64,000 nt of DNA from Bugula neritina. Taxonomy: Eukaryota > Animalia > Bryozoa. Both the position numbers and the translations under genes were made by a program. Below are positions 1 through 11,298 of this stretch, in pieces. How positions within the stretch are numbered: position 1 is the stretch's first letter; every line of letters starts with the position of its first letter. The notes below the pieces were generated by a model. That model was not told the DNA's origin and made no database searches. It was given only the letters and a program-made list of their open reading frames with translations. The stretch lies in NCBI GenBank assembly GCA_964035545.1, contig OZ037769.1, positions 5,189,929 through 5,253,928 of the forward strand, in the 5' to 3' direction.

Positions 1-485
1 TTGAACTTGACTGGCCAATTGTATTTGCTGTTAGCTTTACTATTAGATCATATATTGAAATCTTATTGCTATTCACAATAATGTGCAATTAATTGATCAT
101 GGAATAAATAAGTAAAACTAAAACAATAAATAGTAATCGACAAATTGGATCCCAAAATTGCAGAAGGATTTCACAGCCTTTGCTTAGAATAAAATTGCAC
201 AAAATTTAGCCTTAGTTTTGGAAGCTTTTGAGAGCGTTTGTTTAGAGATCCCTCTGTGTGACCTCCAGCATAAGTTCGCGAGGCAGTATGCATTTCTATA
301 ATCAGATCGTGGCCTAAGGACAGATCTTATATACACTTGGTGAATAGAATTTCACTTTCAGCTATAGAATGAATTGGGGCTTGTAATTATAAAGCTATAA
401 ATAAAATAATGTATTAGCAATAAGAAAGATAAACAAAGCCTTTCCTAGTTTCAAGATTAACATTTATTTTATAACCTCACCACCT

Positions 486-488
<3 letters not shown>

Positions 489-572
<84 letters not shown>
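489..572. repeat. (TA)n microsatellite
   Basis: Pure TA run read directly from the sequence. Confidence 0.95.
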
Positions 573-579
<7 letters not shown>

Positions 580-1666
580 AAAGCTCTTAAATTCACTTTG
601 TTAAAAGTTTGAAACTCATTAAAAACAGCTTACGATTAGAGAGGTATATTACAGTGGATTACTGAGTGCCTAAACATTGCTCTATAATGCTAGCTCAGTT
701 GGAGGTGATTAACAGTTTCCTCAAACAGGGTTATCCTATTGCTGGATGGCGACCATATTGTAAACCCACTCAGTATAATAAATTAACTCTTTTTCTAACA
801 AAATATATGATTAGTTTGATTAATTGGTTGCAGTAATTGAGGGATAATATGCATTCTTATATAACACCCCTGAAACTGCCACTGTTAAAACTGCAATTTT
901 TTTGATCTATTATAATTGTTGTTGGTTAACGGAGATGAAATTTTTGCTCCTTTGTTTTAAATAAAGTACATATAATGTCTCCAGTCCTGTGAAAACGCAT
1001 GCATTGGGCTTTAAGTGCTGTGTCTCTCACCTTGCTGCCAAAATGGAGATATACACAAGGTTAGATGCCCGTCTTGACCTTACCAATGACTCCTTTGCAA
1101 GGTTTGAACCAATGACTTTGCTCTTGCTAAGCTATCCCAATGGCCACACTATAGCATAGCTGCAAGAGCAAATATGTAAACCTATGCATTTATGATTTTT
1201 GTTAAGGATTACCATGATTTCCGTAAAAAATCTAGTAATTAATCTTTGTCATTTGAGAAATGTAGCTTACTCAAGTTTCAATATTATAGATATATACCTT
1301 AAACCCTTGAAACTATATTTGTGATATGCAACACGATCTTCATGTAAGTTACCTATATGCCACTTATCACTGTATCCACCATTACTTAGATAAATAACAT
1401 TTAGGTAAACAACATGATTCAAAGTTATCTTCCTTTATGTATAGCAGCAGTTATGTAGTATTAACAAAACTACAATCCTAAAACAATTTTACACACGTAA
1501 GCACCCAAGCACACACCTTTAAATTCTGATTTGCTATTGTGTATAATTGGAAGATATAGTTATAGCAAGAACAAAATACCACAATATCTACTTTTAAATA
1601 TAGTGGTGGAGAAGTTTTGTATTCATTGGCTACTTGGCGTTATTTCTCTTTATTTTCTGTTTTTAG

Positions 1667-4600
1667 GTTTCAAAGAGGAAGCATATTTTATGACCAGTCT
1701 ACAGCCTCAAAGAAACACAATGCTACGTCACATAACAAACACAAGGCTACGTCACACAACAAACACAAGGCTACAAAACCCCCACTTAAGTCCATATTCA
1801 CCCATCAGAAAAATATTAATGACTTGACTAAATCCTCCAAGTATAGACTTATCACGGAACTTAAGTCTAATCTAAGTGCTCCTGGTAATAGACAGAGCTC
1901 ATGTTTTTATTTTTATATTAATGCAGGTTTTTCTCTGTCACGTGTCTGCAAGTTTCTTTCTGTCATGTGTCTGCAAGACATTATGGCATACATTTTATAG
2001 ATTTACTTACTAACAATAATTCATTGCATAGTTTAGGGATATACTATAAGGCTATTGTCATGTGTTGGCATGCAACTATCAACAAATGTAGATGCAATTA
2101 AGCAAAATTTTCACTTTTTATTTCTGGATAGTAAAAAAGTGGCTGTTAGTTGATTGTGGTACTTGAAAATCCGGTTTTTATTCCAAAGGTGAGAATGGCA
2201 AAGCTGTAGATTTCAATATTTATCAATTGTCTAAAGAAGAAAGGAAACGGTACGAAGAAGGAATTCGGATTACTTCATATAATGAATACGTCAGTGACCT
2301 AATCTCTATTAGAAGACGATTACCTGACTATAGAGATCAAGGGTAAGTTGTCTGAAAAAAGTTATATGGGTTATACATTTATAGCTTAAATGCTTTTTTT
2401 AGCTGCTACATATATGTATCTATTTGTATTTGCATAAAAACTGTAAAGTTGAGTTTACCCAGCTGCCCCTGTAGCATAGTTGGTTAGCTTGCTTGCTTGC
2501 AAGCCAAAGGTCTGTGGTTCGAATCCCAGGGGAGCAATTATTTTACAAAAAAAAGAAGTCCTAAAAATCAGAAAATTTGTTTTGAAATGTTTTTAATCTA
2601 ATGTATGGTTTACTCTGTTAACGCGCTGGGCAGACAACGGTAAATATGAAGTCTAACAAACTGCCTGTGAAAAGAATTATTGATAAAAGAATTCAAAAGT
2701 CACTAATTGTTGAGTAAATTTATTAAAAGCAGAAGCAAGTCATAATAACTAAAACATGCAATATTGAGCTTTAAGCAATATTGAAATTGAATAGTTCATA
2801 ATAATAATTATGTAGAATATAGAATAGCTTGCATGAAATTTGTCAATTCACACTGTACACTAGCAAATAGAAAATAAGCTGCAATGTTGTTATATAGCCA
2901 CCAAGTTCTTTAGTTGCACTGTTCCTATGCCGTGATGGATGATAAGGTTGAATTAGTTTGCATCCAATTTGAAAGAGAAAGGGCTGAGCTACGTTAACTG
3001 GTTGGCGAGCAAAATATTCCACCCAAATCAACATAGAAATGTGTTGAATGTCAGATTTGAGATAAATGAGTGACACTAAAACTAGGCCAGATTAAACTAA
3101 AAATGCTAATATATTAGCAGGGCTGAATTTTTTCCATCAATAAAAAAGAAATTTAAGAAAGCACTGAGGTGAAACTAGTTTACTCATAATAGTATTTCAG
3201 GAATTTAAATGCCCAACAATAGAATTTATATGGTCAATTCTGTAATAGCTCTGATTCATAATTAAAATTTAGACTGCAGTATTATTTGCTTCAATTTTGT
3301 TTGCACTTTAACTTACTTTTAGATGCAAGGTAAAACAGTACTATAAAAAACTTCCATCTACGAGTGTAGTTGTGGTATTTCATAACGAGGCTCTCTCAGT
3401 ACTACTCCGCTCTGTGTACAGCATCATAGACAGAACTAACCCTAAACTCCTTAAGGAAATCATCCTGGTTGATGACTTCTCCAATAAAAGTAGGTAGGCG
3501 GAGTGATAAGTTTAAGAAAAATTATGAAAATTACTTAAAGCGTGCTCATTCTAACCTAATGCTTATAAAATCTACCTAAATCTCCCAAAAAAGAGCAGCA
3601 TATGCATTAGCTTCTAATTAAATGGTATTGCTCTTATTTTTGTATTTACAAATCAGCACAAACTTTATCTGGTTTTCAATGAATTAGACTAGCTAAAGCA
3701 AGTAAAATTTTTTAACAGTCATTATTTTGATTTATTGTAATGCCATAGGCAATGTCCTAATTATTCAAATTTGTCACAGTGAGGAACAGCATTAGCACAT
3801 CTTATATGAAAATATTTATAGTTTGTCTTCAATAATATAATATAATATAATATAATATAATATAATATAATATAATATAATATAATATAATATAATATAA
3901 TATAACATAATATAATATAATATAATATAATATAATATAATATAATATAATATAATATAATATAATTACTGTCACTTTTTTTACTAATTTTGTTTGCTAT
4001 GCAACACTTACTTGATATAATTATATTAAATTGATCATAATGTAGCTGGACTAGGACAAGAACTGGATGATTATATAAAAGATCTGGAGAAAGTTAGAGT
4101 TCTTCGTCTAAAGAAAAGAGAAGGTCTAATCAGAGCCAGGTTGGCTGGTGCTAAAGTTGCTAAAGGTCAAGTCCTCACGTTCTTTGACTCTCATATCGAA
4201 TGTACAGAAGGTTAGTTACAACTGAAGTTATCTTTCCTTCCTGATACCGAGTGCCAGCTGTGCCCATGCAAAGACAACCTTATACTTTTGCAGTCTCTTG
4301 TTATTTAATTGAAAAATCAACAAAAGAACTGAACTAAATGAAACATTGATCTACTTCTAGATGTGTAAATCTATTTTTTTCCATTCCCATTATTTTTCTA
4401 TAACTATTTCTCGCATGTTACCCAGGATGGCTGGAACCAATGCTGGAGGAGATACACAGAGATAGAAAGACAGTCCCAACACCATCAACTGATGTCATTG
4501 AATACAACACATTTGCTTTTCAACATGTTGCTGCTAAAGATATTTTTATGGGCGCTTTTGACTGGAATTTGAATTTTCTTTGGATGTTTGTTTCCAGGAG

Positions 4601-7600
4601 AGAGAATCAACGCAGGAATAATGACATGGTATATGCCTGGGCGATGCTAGTTTTTCTTTGTGCAAAGCCTTAACTATCCAGTTTTTTTCAACAAGCCTTG
4701 TATTTTTATTTAGAAGCAGTAATGGAAAAATTGAAATAGCTTAAGTTCTCTAACTTTCTTATTAAATTTTGGTTTGGGGCACAGGTTGAAATTTTCGCAA
4801 AAAACATAACTTTGTTTACTACATTTATAATCTAGAACACAGGTTTTTCCCAATTTCTCCATTACAGCACTTACCTCTGAAATTTGTGGAACGCAAGCTA
4901 TTTTTGTGTTAATTAAGGTAGACTAAGAATGCTTCCCCAAGTCAAGCTAACTTCTGAGTCTAACGCAACAATTCAATGCTACTTTTTATCACACAAAGAT
5001 TTAGAGCATTTTGTGACACTGCACTTAGAAATTTTTCAAATATTACTTTCATCATGTATTGCATTTTGTCAAATATTGTTTTGCTTGAGATTATAAGGTT
5101 TTTTATGTTTTTATTTAAAAGCTGGTTAATTTTCTCTTTTTTAAAGCAGAAAAAATCATCAACAGGAAATTTATTGAAAGGTTCTAGGGATTATGTTTTT
5201 CCATTCTTTTTTACTATAGAAATTATAATCTCTTTGGATTGGAATTTCTTTAGCCTACCTCTAGAAATTGTTAAACAGTACACAGCTGCAACACATGACA
5301 CTATTCTGTGTGATACCATTATAGCTAGCACCAATACAGTCTCCAGTCATGGTGGGAGGTCTGTTCTCTATAGACAGAGAATACTTCTACGAAATCGGAT
5401 CCTACGATGAAGGAATGAATGTTTGGGGAGGAGAAAATGTTGAGATGTCTTTTAGAGTCTGGATGTGTGGTGGTCGTATACTGATAGTACCATGCTCTTC
5501 AGTGGGACACTTGGCTAAGTGAGCTCATAATTTTCTCTAAAACCCAATAAAATTTGCACATTAAAGTTTTCCATGTATTAAATCAGAAGCTTTAATGCAT
5601 GGAAAAGACTACTGCAAAGTATTTCTGCATTCATAGACTTTGCAGTCACCGCTGCAAAATCTACTTAATACTTTCAACTAATGAAATTAGAATGCAAATG
5701 TTTAATTCTTATGACGGGCGGCAATTAATTTTTTTACCGAGAAAAAATTCGACATCATCATGCCTTATTAACTTCTATAACTTTAAATTTACTCCTCACT
5801 TAACTCATCAGCTTACTATGTCCCAACAAATCAAAGTTGGAGTCCAAGCTACTTTAATAAGTAAGAGTCTAGCCCAGGGCTGTCCAACAGGCGGCCCCAG
5901 TGTCGAATGTGATCCCCAGCCTACATTTATGAGGTCCTCAAAAGCATGAGAGATAAAAACATTTTGCACATGTATATGAAGTGGAATAGAAAAACCAATT
6001 TTTAAATGTCGTTATTTTATATATTCTAAAAATATGCATTCTGCAGTGATTATTGGGACTTCATTGCGCAATGATAAATATAAATTTGGAAAAAAAGCTA
6101 TTTGAAAACTACTTTTGTTGTGGCCTTCAGCTCAAGCTATGAAATATTCTATTTCAGTGGCCCTCACCAAGAAAAGGTTGGACACCCCTGGTCTAGCCAT
6201 GCACTCTCTTTATATATTACTGAATAACACTTTGGCCGTATGCATTCCAGCTATACACATATATGTGCAAGCATTGTACATATATAATCTATCCTTTGTT
6301 TAGGATTGGCCACCCTTATATTTCAATAGAAGAGTTTCTAAGAGTTCATAAGAGAAACTCCATTCGAGTGGCTGAGGTGTGGATGGATGATTACAAAAAG
6401 TATTTCTATGACAACTTTGATCACAAATTGGTGAGTCATAGCTATTATATGAGTCATCACTGTGCATGTTATGAGACATGTAGAAGCAGAAGACAAAGAT
6501 AGCTGCTACTTTAGATTTGACCTAATCATCATTAGCAAATTAATGTTGCTTTATTTTAATTTAGTAACATTTATATATGTACAATGTAGGCCAAATCTAT
6601 CTTAAAATAAATATAAAGGAGTCATTAACTCAAAGATCTCACTTGACTTAAACAAAATAAACTAGAGGATGAAAAATAATTGCCCCCCACTGGGATTCAA
6701 TTATGAAAATATGCTAAATTATGCTAACCTTTACACCACAGGGACCACTGGGTACTTACAACACTACAGTGGAGTGGCTGTTATAACTAGCTTTAAAATT
6801 TAATGAATCTCTATGAATATAAAAAATGTATAATATTGTGCTTATGGAATTGCTAGTGGTAGCATATTATCATTATAGGTAATTGTCTCTCTAATTTTTA
6901 AAACAAGTTATCAAGTTTTGGTACAAGAACATTTTGTATATTACCAAATGGAATAAAATGAACAAATGAAAGCTGTGTTAAATACATAATGCGAAACTTT
7001 TCAAACAATAATTTAGGGAGACTTTGGAGATGTATCTTCAAGAAAAAAGCTGCGGGAAAGACTGCACTGTAAGTCTTTCAAATGGTACTTGAAAAACATT
7101 TTTCCTGAAAGATTTATTCCGAGTGATGCTATTTACAGCGGACAAGTGAGTAATTTATTTGGTTATAAGCAAGCATTGAATCAAATTTACTTTTAATATA
7201 ACAATTCTAAGATTATCCTAAGTGTATATTCAAATAAACATATAATAATTAATATGATATTGAGAGATGAACAACAAATATGTGATACTTAGTCTGGCTT
7301 TTGAATTCAGTTTGTTTTCAGTTTATTTTGCATTACTTTTTAGTAATAAACTTTACTAATTTTTTTAATAAATTTTCTTCAAAACTTCTAACAAACTTTT
7401 GGTGATAAAGTAAAATGCTTTGCTAAAAAAAGCTTTTACACCTTCTTTAAAATAATCGGTAGTTTTTATTTTCATTAAAATGTTGCATATTATACAAATT
7501 TAAACATGGCAAGAAGTTTAAATACGTATATAATAAATATTTAAGCTTCTGTAACACATTTATAACATATGTACCTACAAAAAAATCCCTGATTTATGTA

Positions 7601-8818
7601 GATACAAAACAAAGCTGCACATATGTGTGTAGACGGAATATTAGGTCGACCAGGTCAGTTGGTAGACTTAAAGCCATGCAACTCGACATTCAAAAGTCAG
7701 AAGTGGCTGATGAGCAAGATGGGTGAGATCAGGAGAGATGAAGACTGCATGGAACACACAAATCACAAATCCATCACAACTTATCTTTGTCACGGCCAGC
7801 AGAGTGTGCAGATGTGGCAGTATAAAGAAGTAAGTCACCATCAGTATAATTAAGTAAGTCATTAGTATCAAGAAGTAAGTTATTATTCGTATAAAAAAGT
7901 GAGTTACCAACCGTATAAATTGATGTAAGTTATGTCTACCAGTATACAGAAGTAAGTCATTAATATAAATTGAAGTAAGTTATCAACCGTAGAAAGAAGT
8001 AAGTCATTATCAGTATAAAAAGTAAATCACCAGTATAAAGGAGTAAGTTACCATTCTTATAAAGAAGTGAGTCATCAGTATAAAGTAGTAAGTTACCATC
8101 AGTATAAAGAAGTAAGTCACCATCAGTATGAAGAAGTAAGTTACCATCAGTATAAAGAAGTAAGTCACCATCAGTATGAAGAAGTAAGTTACCATCAGTA
8201 TAAAGAAGTAAGTCACCATCAGTATGAAGAAGTAAGTTACTATCAGTATAAAGAAGTAAGTTACTATCAGTATAAAGAAGTAAATCACCATCAGTATAAA
8301 AAAGTAAGTTACCATTCCTATAAAGAAGTAAGTTACCATCAGTATAAAGAAGTAAGTTATCATCAGTATAAAGAAGTAAGTTACCATCAGTATGAAGAAG
8401 TAAGTTACCATCAGTATAAAGAAGTAAGTCACCATAAGTATAAAGAAGTAAGTTACCATCAGTATAAAGAAGTAAGTTATCATCAGTATAAAGAAGTAAC
8501 CTGTTACTTTTGGCATTGAATTGTATTTCACCTAAAGTCGGACCATTATACAGTGCGTGTTTCACTTTAATTCAAATGTGTTTTCTATGTTGCTATTTAA
8601 CACTAACTACATTAACTTATTGTGTTAAATTACATTGATATTTTGTGTTAAGTATATAAATATATATTAAAAATTTATTGAAGGCCTCCATTCTTTATAA
8701 TCCAAGTTCTGAAAAGTGCTTAGAAGCAGGACCTGGAGGGAAAAATCTAATAATGTCTGTTTGTAATGCAACCAACTCCAGACAACATTGGGACTGGAAA
8801 TTAAATACAGCATCATGA
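1667..8818 (+). CDS. GALNT: Polypeptide N-acetylgalactosaminyltransferase paralogue G1, coding exons 2-11 (signal-anchor exon not found intact)
   Basis: Exons 1667-1884 (acceptor may be 1604), 2189-2342, 3323-3489, 4046-4210, 4426-4628, 5325-5518, 6304-6430, 7017-7145, 7602-7829, 8684-8818 (TGA). All are GT-AG and join in frame. Motifs: [51 protein letters not shown] and ricin QxW repeats. Exon 3-9 lengths match the paralogues. Confidence 0.9.
2465..2536 (+). mobile_element. tRNA-derived SINE head / tRNA pseudogene (family A)
   Basis: A-box TAGCATAGTTGG and B-box GGTTCGAATCC, with a poorly pairing anticodon arm and an A-rich tail. Degenerate reverse copies lie at ~6672-6755 and ~25165-25235. 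Confidence 0.65.
3832..3966. repeat. (TATAA)n pentanucleotide microsatellite in G1 intron 4
   Basis: Read directly. The paralogous G2 intron has only ~3 units (~16873-16888). Confidence 0.95.
5875..6190. mobile_element. hAT (Charlie-like) non-autonomous MITE
   Basis: TIRs CAGGGCTGTCCAAC / GTTGGACACCCCTG and a perfect 8-bp TSD GTCTAGCC (5867-5874, 6191-6198). Absent from the equivalent G2 intron-7 site (~18360). Confidence 0.9.
7818..8500 (+). repeat. 24-bp minisatellite CAGTATAAAGAAGTAAGT(T/C)ACCAT, ~29 units, built from the G1 exon-10/intron-10 junction
   Basis: Unit = last 12 exonic nt + GTAAGT donor + 6 nt. The 5' units are degenerate; 8100-8483 is homogeneous. Confidence 0.95.
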
Positions 8819-9777
8819 ATAAAACAAAGGAGAGCTAAAAGCAGCTGTAAGTTTGATTATAGGGGGTTGAAAAGTTATGTGTGCACCCAGTGCTGCTAAA
8901 ACAAATGATATAGTGTGACTATTAACTCTTTCCAATGTTTCAACTCATCAAAAATACAAAACCTATTATAAGAGATAACTGCAAATCAACAATACTGCTA
9001 TGAGACATAGTGTGTAATATATTTAAAGAAATGGCATTGTTTTTTATGTTGTTCAGCTGAATAGTTTGTTTAAATTATCTCCATGTGTGAAGATTCAATA
9101 GGGAGTAGTGATAATATACTGTACATAATGCGTTGATGAGATGTGTATTTTTTTGCAAAAGAGCCACAGTGGCAGTACTATTTGTTATGTAATACAGAGT
9201 GTTAAAATTAGATTTTATTAGATTGACAACTAAGATAGTCAGTAGATAAAAACAGTTCAAGAAAAACTATTTGTATCATTAACGATGTAGATGGTGCTCA
9301 CTTTAAATGTTATAATGCTTTGTAATTAAATTGTATACAATACAATTATTTGAAATCAAACTCTTGGCTTATTTTTTTTTAGAAAAAAACTGCTTGCTAA
9401 ATACAATACAAAGAGTAGAGCATAATAATTTGATAATGATATGCTACTTTAAGGCATAGAGCTAGGATATAAATTGACTGCTGAAATTGATTTTCTAGAA
9501 CATTCTAGAAGTTTCTAATTTTGCATGTTATAAGGAAATAATTATTCTGTATAAGCTAGCTTTGTGCCAACTATTGAATGCGCAATGCTCTGTGTGAGGA
9601 TACATGATCTACATTTTTACCTGCTCTATATGTTGGAGAATGTTGTTGAAAATGAGTTTCATTACACGTCTATTCTGATTGGATTGAGTTAATAATTGGG
9701 AAATAAATAAACACACGCACAAATTTTCAAAACTTCCAGCTACAAAGTATGAAATTGCGAGCCTTTTATATACATTC

Positions 9778-10490
9778 TGTGATGAAAACTTTCTGCAGGT
9801 GGTTTCATAATAAACTTCTTCATGTTGCATAAAACTGTGTATATAATGATTTGTTGACTGAATTATATTTTGTCAACAATGCATATAGCAAGTTGTGGCA
9901 TATATTAGAATCAGCTGTATGATAGAATATATAAAAGTGTTTATTGTGAACAGATTATTGAGACTATCATACAGTCTGGTTAAGTTAGCATCCTGTAGTA
10001 TTCTTACATTGAAAGGCTTTATATAAAATTTATAAACGGCTGTGATCTAAAAGGCTATATGATAAATGCTAAATTGTAAAGATACACTCAATTGGCTAGT
10101 AGTGGCATTGTGTGCATAGTGTTAGATGAAAATGCTTATTGTTGTGTTACAATGGATGTCATGGTGAAAAAATGTCTTTCTTGTTTTGTCTACTACGTTT
10201 TGTGAGCATTCATTTCTACATGAATTGCTGTATTGTATTGGACACAATGTGGTCTAGCATGTAAGTTAACCAACTATTGATTCATATATATTTTTTGAAT
10301 AGAATGTTAAACTGTGCTTCAATATTGATGAAGAGTTGCTAGTAAAGTAAGCTGAAATGCAGGTAAAGTAGTCATTGTACCTATATTTATTATCTTATTC
10401 TTACGTTTTACTTTTGTTAAGCTTCTTCTTATAACCAGATAATTATGATTCAAACTTTGTCTATCACACATAAACATACAAATATAGTTG
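9778..10490 (+). promoter_or_regulatory. Conserved upstream block (candidate promoter plus non-coding first exon) of G2
   Basis: Homologous to 55940-56845 (+) and 52150-52900 (-), each upstream of and co-oriented with a GALNT. Conserved CAGCTG..TATAAAA (9930-9936) and CAG|GTAAA (10363). Confidence 0.55.
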
Positions 10491-10499
10491 ATTTCATCA

Positions 10500-11085
10500 A
10501 GAAAAGCTAATTTATAACAGGTAAAAAATAGTTGGGAATTGCTGTGGCTTGTATTATTATGTTATGTTGCCCAGGTAGTGCTTTCATGCATGTCTGCATG
10601 TAGATAAAATCTTATTTTTAGTATTAAGGGAAGATTTACTAGGCTGGTATACTATGAAATATTTTTCTCATAGGCAGATGTTACAACGTTTAGTAACTTC
10701 TTTGTATGAATTGATTTTTTTTCATAAGTTTCCATGTTATGTTAAAATGAGTAGTCTTGTCTTTTAATCTCCAGATGTATTTGCTCAGTTTGGTTTGATT
10801 ATTTTTTGTTTTGTTGCTAAAAGTTGGTTCCTTTGTGGTTATATAATCTGGCTTTAAAGTCTGCTTCTGATGTTCCTTCGTAAGTTTGGGGTTGACTGCC
10901 GCCATTAGCTGTAACTTTAGCTTTGTATATGATACACTTGGTGAGGAATTTTCGGTCTAGTAGGCGCACTGTGTTGCTTCTACAGTTACATTCCCAAGGT
11001 GGTTGAACTGCTGGGTTGAGTAATCTTTGATTGTGGCTGTTGATTATGTTGTTTAGACTTCTCAGCAGATCACAAACTTTATAAA
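10500..11085 (-). mobile_element. Degenerate Penelope-like element fragment (GIY-YIG endonuclease end), family 2
   Basis: Minus strand encodes ECNC...IIYKAKV, TKLSKYIWRLKD..FNITW and RCNICL..EKY..TCRH. Same family as 42205-42360. Confidence 0.75.
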
Positions 11086-11298
11086 ATTTTTGACAAAAAT
11101 AACATAAAACTCAGCTACAGCTGTGACAAACTGATCAATTACTGGAGAGCCCACCTTTTGAAGCCAGAATTATACGAGAAACATATTATATATATGTAAT
11201 TAGCACATAGCCATAAATTTCATCAAGCACCCAAGTACTGGCATTCCAACAAAAGTCAAACTTCTAAACATATTAAACAAACAAATATTCTAATTATA

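Noticed and set aside
1531-1827. ORF with TM-like [18 protein letters not shown] as the G1 N-terminus
   Set aside because: It has no ATG before the segment, is out of frame with the conserved YDQS/LITE stem, and T-rich DNA reads hydrophobic in all frames.
2465-2536. Functional tRNA gene (also 60640-60706)
   Set aside because: Anticodon and acceptor stems pair poorly, degenerate dispersed copies exist, and one has a TSD, so these are SINE heads.
7818-8500. CRISPR-like array
   Set aside because: Units are contiguous with no unique spacers, there are no cas genes, and the context is eukaryotic.
7960-8565. Long repeat ORFs (LLLYTDGN)n, (MVTYFFIL)n and (HQYKEVSY)n
   Set aside because: By-products of a stop-free 24-bp unit inside an intron. 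The + frame is cut off from exon 10 by TAA at 7851.
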